Source of the DNA: Nemertoderma westbladi
Lineage: Eukaryota > Animalia > Xenacoelomorpha
Direction: 5' to 3'
Assembly: GCA_032718475.1 (NCBI GenBank)
Contig: JAUCBJ010007529.1
Location: 1 to 42,325 of the forward strand
Length of the DNA: 42,325 bases
The notes beneath the pieces were generated by a model, which saw only the letters and a list, made by a program, of their open reading frames with translations, did no database searches and was not told the origin of the DNA. This document shows, one piece after another, positions 25,712 to 35,677 of this stretch; position 1 is the first letter of the stretch; each line of letters begins with the position of its first letter. A program made the translations under genes and the position numbers.

Positions 25712-26133
25712 CGTTTAAGAATAATTAGTGCCTTTTCATCAGTCCATGCTAGGGAGTCGAAATACCAGATGCATGATTCTGATGGTGAGTAGACTGGCAT
25801 TACCCAATGGCAACCACTAACGTTAAAAGGGAAAAAAAGTAAGTTGTAGGATAAGAAGTCTGTTTTGGGCCGATTTGCTGTTACTTTGAGCTCATTGGAT
25901 TCAAAAATATTGAGATAGTGGGGGTTGAAGACTTTTGCCTTACCATTGTAATCTGTGGAAAACCCATTAATTATGGCCTCTATGATGTTGTCGGTTAACC
26001 ATTTGTTACCTTCTAGGGAACTAATGTCATGTGAAGAGATGTCCAAACCACTATAGTTGAAAACATCTACTGATGATGGTGGAACATCTGACATTAGAAC
26101 ACTATCTGACAAATCTATATAGCTTGCATCCAT
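25708..26133 (-). CDS. N-terminal part of Ulp1/SENP-like (peptidase C48) cysteine protease, out of frame with the RT ORF by 1 nt
   Basis: LEGNKWLTDNII...VFNPHY...LLFFPFNVSGCHWV...IWYFDSL contains the WL.D, catalytic His (HW) and Asp (FDSL) motifs of C48 peptidases. Confidence 0.85.
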   Translation of the reverse strand: MDASYIDLSDSVLMSDVPPSSVDVFNYSGLDISSHDISSLEGNKWLTDNIIEAIINGFSTDYNGKAKVFNPHYLNIFESNELKVTANRPKTDFLSYNLLFFPFNVSGCHWVMPVYSPSESCIWYFDSLAWTDEKALIILKR

Positions 26134-27413
26134 TGTGTTGTAGGTATATACGGTTAAGTTTAATTTTTAAATCTTAAGTTTCATTCTTAAATTTCATTAT
26201 GGTAAACAAAACAAAGACTTATTTTAATAATACTCGCTACCAATAGTATTTAATATAATATATAATAGTAATTAAAGCTTTTTAGCTAGCAATTAAAACA
26301 AAATTCAATCTAAAAACTTAATCTGAAAATTTTGTCACACTTCTCTTAGTCAGAATTCTAGAATTTTGGCGTGGAGTATAAGTATAGAAAGCCTTGCATT
26401 ATCAGATTATTCCGATATCAGGATGTAATCTCATTTCTAGCACCCCAGGCACCAGGGTATCTGTACATAAACCCGCATAACGCAAGAAACAAGATGGTAC
26501 TATCTCTTGTTTATCTTGTTTATTTTCAACAATTTGTTGCTGGCACAAAAATTTTCACGCACCGCCGAAAAATACACGTTTGAGAACTCTTATACAAATT
26601 TTACTTATTCCATTGAATTCAGAACCCTAACAAACCCGTATAACGCAAGAAACAAGGTGAAATAATCAATTGATCTATTTGATGGGTTTCAAAATTTGGT
26701 GCTAGCATCAGATTTTGCACCCACTTCCGAAAAACACAAGTTTGAGATGTCTAGTTAGATAATAATTTTTTCAATTGAATTCAGAACCCCCATAAACCTC
26801 AGAAATGCGAGAAATAAGTTGTCACAATCAATTGAACTATTAAATGGATTTTCAAAATTTTGTTCTGGCACCAAATTTTGCACACAGCACCGAAAACTAC
26901 AAGTTTGATATGCCTGGATACTCGTATATATTCCATCGAAACCAGAACCCCAAAAAACCCATATTCGCAAAAATATGTATATGCGCAAAAGTGGCTGTCC
27001 TTGTGTCTGGTTGGTTAATAATTTCTTGGCTGAAGCTAAGCGCACCACCGAGCTAAAATTTTCATTACGGGGGTATGTCGCTGATTTCATTTCCGATTTC
27101 AGTTATAATTTTTTTATGGAATCTATTATATCTGTCTATCTGACAGTTATCTGTCTGTCTTATAATTTTTGTGACAGACCTTTACACGGAAAAACAGCGA
27201 TAACTAATCGACTAAGCAGCTTTCAGATTTGTGAACCTCATTATTAAGTTCTGCTCCAAAAATGTTAAATCACAGATCTCATGATGTGAGTCATGAATTG
27301 AATGACTGTATGGCCGATTTCGATTTGTTTTCCAGCTCCCTGGTATCCTATCTTAATAATTTTTATCACGTTTACATTACAATGCACAATAAACATATAT
27401 ATTTTAAATAATT

Positions 27414-27610
27414 GGCCCGTATGCATAAAGCGATCGTAACTTTAAGATGATCGTATCTTTTTTCCGATCGTAACTTGAGTTACGATGATCGTAAGAACGA
27501 CTATCGTATTTTGGTATGCAAAAAGTAACTTACGATTAATCGCAGATACGATGATCGTAACTCTATTTACGATCCAAAAGTTACGATCGTCGAAAGTGTT
27601 TTTACGGGCC
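27414..27610. mobile_element. PIF/Harbinger-like MITE (~197 bp)
   Basis: TIRs GGCCCGTA...TACGGGCC, plus an inner CGATCGTAACTT/AAGTTACGATCG pair. Flanked by ATT on both sides (27411-27413, 27611-27613). The interior is built from repeated GATCGTAA/TTACGAT motifs. Confidence 0.7.
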
Positions 27611-28059
27611 ATTAATGAATTTTTAAAATGCTAAATATTTTATATATTTTTTCCAGTAAACGACAAACCTTCGAGTACCTTTCCTCATGATCAATAATTA
27701 CCAAGCTTCCTCGGGTATTTGTGATACCTTCCGCTGTCGTTGGTTCGTTGTCAGTATGCGTTTCAGGTCGCCAGTTTTATCTCGGTATGTTTTCTGCAGT
27801 CTGCCACTACTGCTAAGCTCGCTCGCATCTTCTTCGGCGGTTGACACATTTGTACAGTAATATACTACTTACATCCCATTGCTCTTTTCTTCCCACATCG
27901 CGTTACGAGATCGGCCTGCAATGGTGCAGTACCTGAAGAGTGAAGACCCAGGAACAAAACAGCTCTAAATCACTCAGCCATACAGTATCATACCAAATCA
28001 GTTCAAACTAAGAAGTCGCCAGAGTACAAGGTTGTGACAGGGACATCCTTGCAGCTACC

Positions 28060-28430
28060 ACAGTGACCTTTAAGCGTTGGGATTGCCACCAGAAATTGAT
28101 GAGCACATTCACAAGAATGCTACGTTGTGTTCACTGCGTCAATTACAATGCACAGATCTCCAACTTGGTACTTGAACAAAGCCGTTCACCGTGTGGACCA
28201 GCCGCTTGTGCTTTGGTGGCCCAATTCGGAAAGTAAGCATTGTGGACAGCCCATGACTTTCTTGAGACGCCTCCTAAAGGACACTGTCCTTGAAGATGCG
28301 GATAATCTCGCGAAAGTCATGAGGGAAAGGAAAGAGTTGTGGCGGTGTAATTTTGTCGACAAGCCGGCATAGCATTCTAAATGCACGCTGCATTGGAGCA
28401 TGCCAATAGTGGATTGCGTGGTGGTGGTAA
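28060..28430 (+). mobile_element. Degenerate 3' fragment of the RTE-clade LINE
   Basis: GQPMTFLRRLLKDTVLEDADNLAKVM...ELWRCNFVDKPA matches the C-terminus encoded at 29998-30180. 'gcacattcacaagaatgctacg' matches the reverse complement of ~30329-30350. Confidence 0.85.
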
Positions 28431-28941
28431 AAATATTTTTGCCAAGCCATCATAGCATATCAATGTGCAGCTTCAATGTAGCCAGGCCGTTTATACTGTA
28501 TTAGTAGTAGTAGTACGTCGGTTTGTAGATCTGTTATCCCAAATATTTATACGTTAATAACTCAACTAATCCTCGATGAAATGTAACCAAACGTGGAACT
28601 GTACACGTGTAGTCTGGAAACAGATTTGAAATTTTCCAAGTTGAATTTGCGTGTGGCCTTTGAGAAGCTAAAATAAAAGCAGTTAATTAATTAATTATGT
28701 TAATTTCAGTAACACGCCGCATTTTCATGATTTCCTATAATATTAATTAATATTAACACTATAATATTAAATTACTTTTACTTAAACTTTTACTTGCAAT
28801 CCCCATTCATACCTCATGCCATTATAGTTTTTAATTAGTTCAATTTGCTTTAAGAAATGTGTTTTTATTTGATCTGAACATAATTACCAAGTTAACACTG
28901 GCTTCCAAACTCCCCACCCCATCTATGGCAACAGAACTGTT

Positions 28942-29035
28942 ACTACTACTACGATCGGCATGCTGCATTGCAGCTGCATTATATATATGTTAAATATATA
29001 TTAAGAATGCTGTGCCAGCTTGTCGACAAAATTGT
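28942..29035 (-). mobile_element. Very short 3'-terminal RTE fragment with (TAG)n tail
   Basis: tactactactac-gatcggcatgctgcattgcagctgcatt...taagaatgctgtgcc..gtcgacaaaattg is nearly identical to 29954-30031. Confidence 0.85.
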
Positions 29036-29955
29036 CTTGCCTTCCTATTCTTAGAGTATCTGTACCGTAATATTTTATTGCTATATATCAGGTTAATGAC
29101 AGTCGTAGATATCCGAAATGGTTTATTCCACAAAATATTGGGCTGATTATTTTTAATTGAATTTCAATGGAGGAAAAGAGTCTCTGGTAACTGAGCCTCG
29201 TGCTGCGCGAAGACCCCTTGAATGTGTCCTTAAATTTACTCATATATTATAAACATTTAAATATTTCCATAACTAAAACAACTTTAATTCTCCTCACCAA
29301 ATATGTAATCTATTCCAAGATAGCATTAAGGTATAATGAACAATAACTCTAATGCGAAATTATCAATATAATATCAAATAAATAGAGATGATGCCAAATT
29401 TATTGTAATTGTATTTGTTGGGTTTGGTTGTTATGTAGGTTCAGCAGTTCATTTTAAAGTATAATTATATGTCTGCAAACAACCTTCGAATACATTACAT
29501 ATCAACTGTTAATAATTTTGTTATTGATAGGCAATATCTCACCTTTTAAAAACTTATTATTATTATATTCACAATTGATTAAAATAAAATGTAATGTAAA
29601 TAAAATTAAATAAAATGTAATTATTATTATTGTAGGCGGGCATTATATTGGTTTGAATGAATAGGGTACTTAAGCAATATTCTCAAGAATGTTATGTTTG
29701 ATAATATTGTGCAGTGGTCGGTAGGTATAGTACAGTAGGATTTTCAGTTATTTATAAATATTTACACAATATTATTTAACATTATTTTTATATTTAGCAA
29801 CCCTCTTATAATTAAAATACCATGTTTTCAAGATCACGGATATTATATAAATAACATCAAATAATAGATTAAAAATATAAAGATTAAATACATTACACAT
29901 ATTTTGTTGGCGGGAAATTCAACTTAATAATTCAGAATAATATCAGACAGTTATA

Positions 29956-32412
29956 CTACTACTACTGGGATCGGCATGCTGCATTGCAGCTGCATTTTTA
30001 AGAATGCTGTGCCGGCCTATCGACAAAATTGCACCGCCACAACTCCCTATCACCCATGACATTTGCTAGATCATCCGCATCTTCAAGGCCAGTGTCCTTT
30101 AAGATGCGTCTCAAGAAAGTCATGGGCTGACCACCATCCTTATTCACTCCATGAGGCTGCCAAAGTACAAGATTATGCACTGGCTGGTCCTCACGGCGAA
30201 AGCAATGTCATGCAAAGCGGAGGCGATTTTGTTCTAGTGTCAAGCTTGGGGGAACCAATGAGACACCTCCAATGTTATATAGTGTCTGGTTGGAGATATG
30301 TGCATTGTACTTGACACAATGAACCCGGCGTAGCATTCTTGTGAATGTGCCATCCAGAGATTTGGTGTCCTCAGCAGTTAGAGCCCAGCATGGACTCCCA
30401 TAGAGGAGTACTGGAGCTACTGCTGCTCAAAATAATCGGACCTTAAGTTTCCGATTAATTCTCGGTGACTTCCAAATCCTGGAAAGCCTGTTCAAGGCTG
30501 CCCATCCCTTTCCCTTACGTATTCGAAGGTCCTCACCTGACTTCCGGATCCATGATCCCAGGTAACAGAAGTCATCCACATGCTCAAGCATACCATCTTT
30601 TGAGCTTATGCTCATCCGATCAGAGATTTGCTGAGGACTTTCAAAGTTAACTGTCAAAATTTTGGTCTTTCTGGAGTTAATAAAAAGACCAACACTAGAA
30701 GCATCATGTTCTAATGAGCTGAGGAGCCGTAGGGCTCCCTCTAGTGATTCTAAGAGTACTCCTAAGTCATCAGCAAAGTCTAGATCAGTTAGGTACTTGG
30801 CAGGATTTCCTCGACTTCTGGAGCCAGTAGGTGGAGATATCATCATCCCATCATCATTATGATGATCTAAGGACATGCGTAGAACATAGTCAACTACAAT
30901 TATGAACAAGAATGGTGCAAGTGTGTCTGCCTGGAGGACGCCCCATAACACTTCAAATGGTTCTGTGTCACCGTCAACAGTAGACACAAATATTGTCGAA
31001 CCATCGTATACTGATCTGATTGCTGCAATAATTTCATCAGGAATCCCATATAATGAAAGTATGCTGAACATACGTGAGCGAGAGATGAATCAAAGGCCTT
31101 GAAGAAGTCAACAAAGATAACAGCCAGATGCCTGTCTTTCTTTTTTGATAACTCTTCAATTATCCTTCTAAGTGCCAAAATGGGTTCCATGATCCCACGA
31201 CCTTTACGGAACCCATTCTGATTTCCACGGAGCAGTCTCTCAATGGGTCCCTGATGCGATTTAATAGAATTCTATTGTATAGCTTTGCAGCAATCGAGAT
31301 CAATGAGATTCCCCGAAAAGAACCATAGAGTGTTAGGTTGCCCTTCTTGGGAACTGGCACCAACTTATTTGTTTTCATTTCTTGTGGGACTCTTGTTGTT
31401 CGGTACATGTCTACTATGATGGGATAGATGAGCTTTAAACACTCAGGTATTTTAAAGACCTCAGGGGGAACACCATCTACTCCACTGGCACGATTGGTCT
31501 TAATGCTCTTTGCAGCAGCCTTCACTTCTGCAAAGGAGATATCACCAATGGGAATATCTGGGAGTACAGACTCAGACACTTTTACTTCTATAAAGTTTTC
31601 AGGCAATACCCTGTCATTATTGAGGAGCTTTTCAAAGTGGGCCTTCCAACCATTGAGGCGATCGGCTTGTGATTCAGCCTTAACCTTGGTGGTTGGTTGG
31701 CTTTTTCGATCAGCAAGCAAGTTGATCGATCTCCATGCCTGGGATGATTGCCTGCTGTCGTCAGCATCATTGATGGCATCAACCTGTTGGTTTATTAGCT
31801 CCTGTAAATTAACAGAGTACTGCCTATTCAGGGACCTAGATGCAGCCTTAACTGCATTCTTGGCCGCTGTAGTCTGTTTGAGTCGGGACTCTTTCTGCGC
31901 CTTGTAGAGGTCATTTCGGCACTTCTGAATTTTGTTGTCAGTCCAGGGGGCCCGTTTCCTGTTTCGAGGGTATACAGGAACTGTTTCTGCAGCTGCTAAC
32001 TTAACTGCCTCTGTGAAGGCAGTATAGCCCTCACAGTGATCTGCCGCCTCAGAGGCAAGAACCTCATACCTGTTGCTCAGCTGTAGTGTGAAGCTGGATC
32101 TCACACTTGGCTGTTGCCACTGAGAGGACCAGTCATGCCGCGGCAAGGCAGATTTCGTTGTTCTGCTAGCACGCAGACTAAGTCTTACCTTGGCCACAAT
32201 ATGGCGGTGATCACTGGAGAAGGGTCGTAGTGTAAATGCATTACAGTCTTGTATAGAGCTCCTGTATTTCCTATATTTCCTGTATTTCCTATATGGTATA
32301 TCTGGGACTTGTGACCACTGGGTCTACTATGAGTCCATAGCTTTCCAGTTCGCTTCTTGAACTGGGTTCCAGCCGAAAACAATCCATTTCCAGAGATGCA
32401 GGAAAGACAGTT
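29956..32412 (-). mobile_element. 5'-truncated, frameshifted RTE-clade LINE (APE C-terminus + RT)
   Basis: 15-bp TSD TATCAGACAGTTATA (29941-29955, 32413-32427) and an (AGT)n tail. ORF pieces contain KLWT...QIYHI, SDH, ASGVDGVPPEVFK, PVPKKGNL..FRGISL, FVDFFKAFDS, GVLQADTLAPFLF, LTDLDFADD and FCYLGS. Multiple frameshifts and stops. Confidence 0.93.
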
Positions 32413-32570
32413 TATCAGACAGTTATAGGAATAGTACGGTGTAGGTAGTTAGTTCGATGCATTGGCCGACCTATTGCCTTATAATTATTTAATGTGTGAT
32501 AATGATTCCTTGATTACAAAAATAATGTCACACCTACATACACAACAGTTGTAAAGCCTTTAGAACAACA

Positions 32571-32712
32571 ACTAGAAAAGCCAGCAATCTGGCTGGCTGT
32601 AAACGAAACTTCCTTAATAAACTTTAACAACGAAAAGTCCTGATCCGGATCCTGGATCGAACCCAGTGTTCACGTCTTAAGTCTGGCGCTTTGCCAAGTG
32701 AGCTACCAGGGA
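32571..32712 (-). pseudogene. tRNA-derived sequence (SINE head or pseudo-tRNA) followed by a hairpin and CTAG
   Basis: The minus strand TCCCTGGTAGCTCACTTGGCAAAGCGCCAGACTTAAGA...CTGGGTTCGATCCAGG has A-box and B-box motifs plus D- and T-arms, but broken anticodon and acceptor stems. Confidence 0.6.
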
Positions 32713-33156
32713 TAAATCACCACCACTACTACAACAACAAGAATTCCATTATTTTTTAGGATCCCTATTTCTTTCAACAACTACTTTAACCTCTATAAAG
32801 AGGCCGTCTATAAAAAGGCAAACCAGAATTTATAATAATACCAGCCGTCTTTAACGATTTCACAAGCGGTTTCAGTTGCATTTTTAAGTAATCACATAGT
32901 GCTGTAAAGTCTATATTACATTGTTACAAAATGTGCAGCTGTACGATAAGTTACCCTGTGTAGAGTTATAATTTTAAAACTAGCGGCGTTAAGTAAGGTT
33001 AACATTTTGGATTAAACAATGATATATAAACAAAACTTGTTTTAAATAATCCTACATAAAATAGTTGTAATTATTATTTATCACACATGATTAGGCCTAC
33101 CATTTAGAATCTTTTGTGAGCCAACATCATTGTTGTATCAATATAGTTGATTCAAT

Positions 33157-33284
33157 ATGCCGGCACAAAAGGCACAAGAACAGAAGCAAGAACCGAAGCA
33201 AGAGGAGCAGAAAGATGAGCAAGCTGATAAAGGTGGAGAGAAAAAGAAAATACAAAAAGATTATTTACTGGAAGAATTGAAAAG
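33157..33284 (+). CDS. Probable exon 1 of an uncharacterised protein (E/K/Q-rich N-terminus)
   Basis: ATG start, MPAQKAQEQKQEPKQEEQKDEQADKGGEKKKIQKDYLLEELK. Purine-rich island ending in AAG|GCGAGT (GC-type donor, phase 2). Confidence 0.55.
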
Positions 33285-34069
33285 GCGAGTCTAAATAAAT
33301 TAATTGTGTTACCTACTACATAAATTTATTAAGTCCCAATCATTCCAAAGTAATAGGACTATACAAAGTAACAAGTGCTTTTTAGGTGCAAAAAGCCGAG
33401 ATTTTAACATTCGGTATTTCGTACAGGTTTGAAATATAAATGAAAATGAAAAATAAATGAAAACAAATCCTATGAGCCTAATTGTATTCCTTCTGATCCG
33501 ATATATATTTAGGGCAAAATTTACAAATGTCGTTTATTGTTTTGATTACACCCACCTGACTATAAGTTGCTCCTTTACTAACATGAATATTGCTAAAAAA
33601 TAATTTAATGTCCAAAACCTGAAAAGTAATCTTTAAGGTCAGAAAAGTCGAATTTGGTGTCGAGGATTATTATATCGCAAAACTGTATGCTTCTACTGTT
33701 TTTAGGACAGTAGCTACATACAGTGTGTAGTCTATTAGTATATGTGTCATCTAAAAGTGCAGGGGGGTGTGTTGGGGTGTGTGTACCCTTATATACAGTA
33801 TGTACACATGCGTGACTCCGATGATGCCGCTTAGGTTCATAGTAATTTATATACTGATCTTGTTATATCTGGACAATGTGTACATCTTATATTGTTGGGC
33901 ATTCCATCATCTTCGGACAATGATCTCTAATAAGGGCACCCTTTTACAGCTTTGGATTAGTACAGATATCTGGATATGAGTAATGTGTAACTGTCGATTA
34001 GATTAACCAGATGTTGGTGATATTCGTGTATTTTATTGATGATTGTATTTGGTTGATATTCAACAAGAG

Positions 34070-34159
34070 ATACACTCAGGAATCGTGGTACGATTTCGAA
34101 CTCTTACCACCCGACGACATCTACTCACAAAATGAGAATCTGCAAGATTATAAATCCAA
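34070..34159 (+). CDS. Probable exon 2 of the same gene (acceptor uncertain)
   Basis: Open frame YTQESWYDFELLPPDDIYSQNENLQDYKS. The donor AA|GTAAAT is phase 2, compatible with the exon at 35485. Confidence 0.55.
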
Positions 34160-34229
34160 GTAAATTGTGCAGTTTTAGTGACACTTGTAAAACTTACATA
34201 GTCATAGCATAGCCTACATAGTCGTTTAA

Positions 34230-35108
34230 CCCTATTACCACTACTGAGGGGGGGGGGGGGGGGAGAATCGGCCCCTTCCTAGTTTTTAATTGCTGTATCT
34301 ATGCAACCACATTATGTACCAGCCCAATTTTTTACGAGAATTTGTCAAATTTAATGGCACATCTTTTGCAAAAAACGGCGTTGCAATTAGATTTCTACTT
34401 TTCGATGTGGGTGCCACCCCAAAATTTGGTCCCAGCAAAATTTTTTTTTTAATTTTCGAATTTTAAAATGTCATTTGTGAGTATGTAATTCTTTATGTTG
34501 GGGCTTTTTTATTGTTTCTGATTCGCACTCTACTACTCTATATAAGTATGTAAGTGAAGTGGTACGTCATTTTTAATTCCTCCCTAATTTTGGTGCACCA
34601 AAAATGCCGAACCACTAAGTCTTCAGGGTTCTATAATACTTTCAATATTGTTTCATAGGTCCAGAAAACCTATAAATGTGCGTTGAAATCTCAACTTTGG
34701 TTTATTTTCCGAATCTCGTATTTTTCTATATTTGAAGTGCCATGCCCACTTCTTAGGTGCACGAAAAATAGCATCCAGTTCAATTTTCAGAAATGGAATA
34801 TAATCACATTCGATTCAGCGTAGTGGAAAACCTACTAACTCTAGCCAACAATGCCAAACTATTAGTTTTTAGAATATAAAAAAAATTTATATTTGTCCTG
34901 GATCTACTTCTATTTTTCATGAAAATTATTATACCCACATTATGAAATTTTCATTTTTTTGGATTTGAAAATGTTCCTCGATAGTGTTTTCGCCAACAAC
35001 CCAAATTTCGTAGGATTTCATTGGATGATTACAAAAATACAGGGGGGGGGGGCGAATCGGCCCCTCGCCGGTGCTGCTAATGGTCTAAACACCCCAGTGG
35101 TAATATGG
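34230..35108. mobile_element. Non-autonomous piggyBac-like element (879 bp) in an intron
   Basis: TTAA at 34226-34229 and 35109-35112. TIR CCCTATTACCACT vs reverse complement CCATATTACCACT (12/13). A subterminal direct repeat G-tract+GAATCGGCCCCT lies near both ends. No transposase ORF. Confidence 0.85.
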
Positions 35109-35484
35109 TTAAGATTATTAAGTATTTAGTTTGGCTATGGAGAGATATTTGTCTCTTTTGGTCATTCTTATTTGTAGGGTTGTGGACCCTACTACACCTG
35201 TACGTACAATATGAATTTATGCGATTAATAAATTAAAAATGACCGAAAAAAAAATATATTGTTTAGCTATATCGTTACGTGATTGATACAATTCCATACC
35301 GATCGATCTGAACAAGAACATGAATCTGAATGAATAATGAATAATACTGAAAACGCAAATACCGATTATTTAGCCTACAGTACCTCTTAATTCTGATACA
35401 GCTGAGTTTGCGTAACCTACTGCAGTTCTGTTGATATGTGTTTTCTTACCGGTCAATTTGTGACAAATATTTTCACTCATTTAG

Positions 35485-35677
35485 GGTGAAACAAAAGGGT
35501 GAAGAGGAACGAAAGAACGTAAAACGACCCGAAGAGAAGCCGTACTTCCCCTACGTCTGGAACAGTTTGCTTCCGTACCTGAGTACCCACACCGTGGACT
35601 ACGCCGTCGAGCGGCCGTTCAGCGAACTCGGCCAGTTTTGTTCCAGAAGAACCGCCATCAATATTACAGACCCAGAG
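35485..35677 (+). CDS. Internal exon of the uncharacterised gene
   Basis: catttag| acceptor, GAG|GTAAGT donor, phase 2 to 0; VKQKGEEERKNVKRPEEKPYFPYVWNSLLPYLSTH...NITDPE. Confidence 0.85.

Larger units (their letters stand above)
21941..26467 (-). mobile_element. Apparently full-length RLE-type non-LTR retrotransposon, CRE-like, with an N-terminal Ulp1 protease
   Basis: 14-bp TSD TAAACCCGCATAAC at 21927-21940 and 26468-26481; T20 run at 21947-21966 (poly(A) tail on the - strand); ~170-bp 3' region; ~330-bp 5'UTR; long RT ORF. Confidence 0.93.
21293..26975. mobile_element. Non-autonomous piggyBac-like/foldback DNA element with an internal ~163-bp tandem repeat, interrupted by the CRE-like retrotransposon
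   Basis: TTAA|CCCTATTAGTACC at 21289-21305 followed by G/C tracts resembles the left end of the 34230 element. Repeat anchors tg(g/t)tgct(a/g)gca lie at ~21831, 26535, 26697 and 26861. The same ttcagaacccc..aaacc motif occurs inverted at ~21571 and ~21741. No right TIR was found. Confidence 0.5.

Noticed and set aside
26482-26975. CRISPR-like array beside a reverse transcriptase
   Set aside because: Whole ~163-bp units are similar (no unique spacers), there are no cas genes, and the context is eukaryotic.
32641-32712. Functional tRNA gene
   Set aside because: The anticodon and acceptor stems do not pair; treated as a tRNA-derived repeat.
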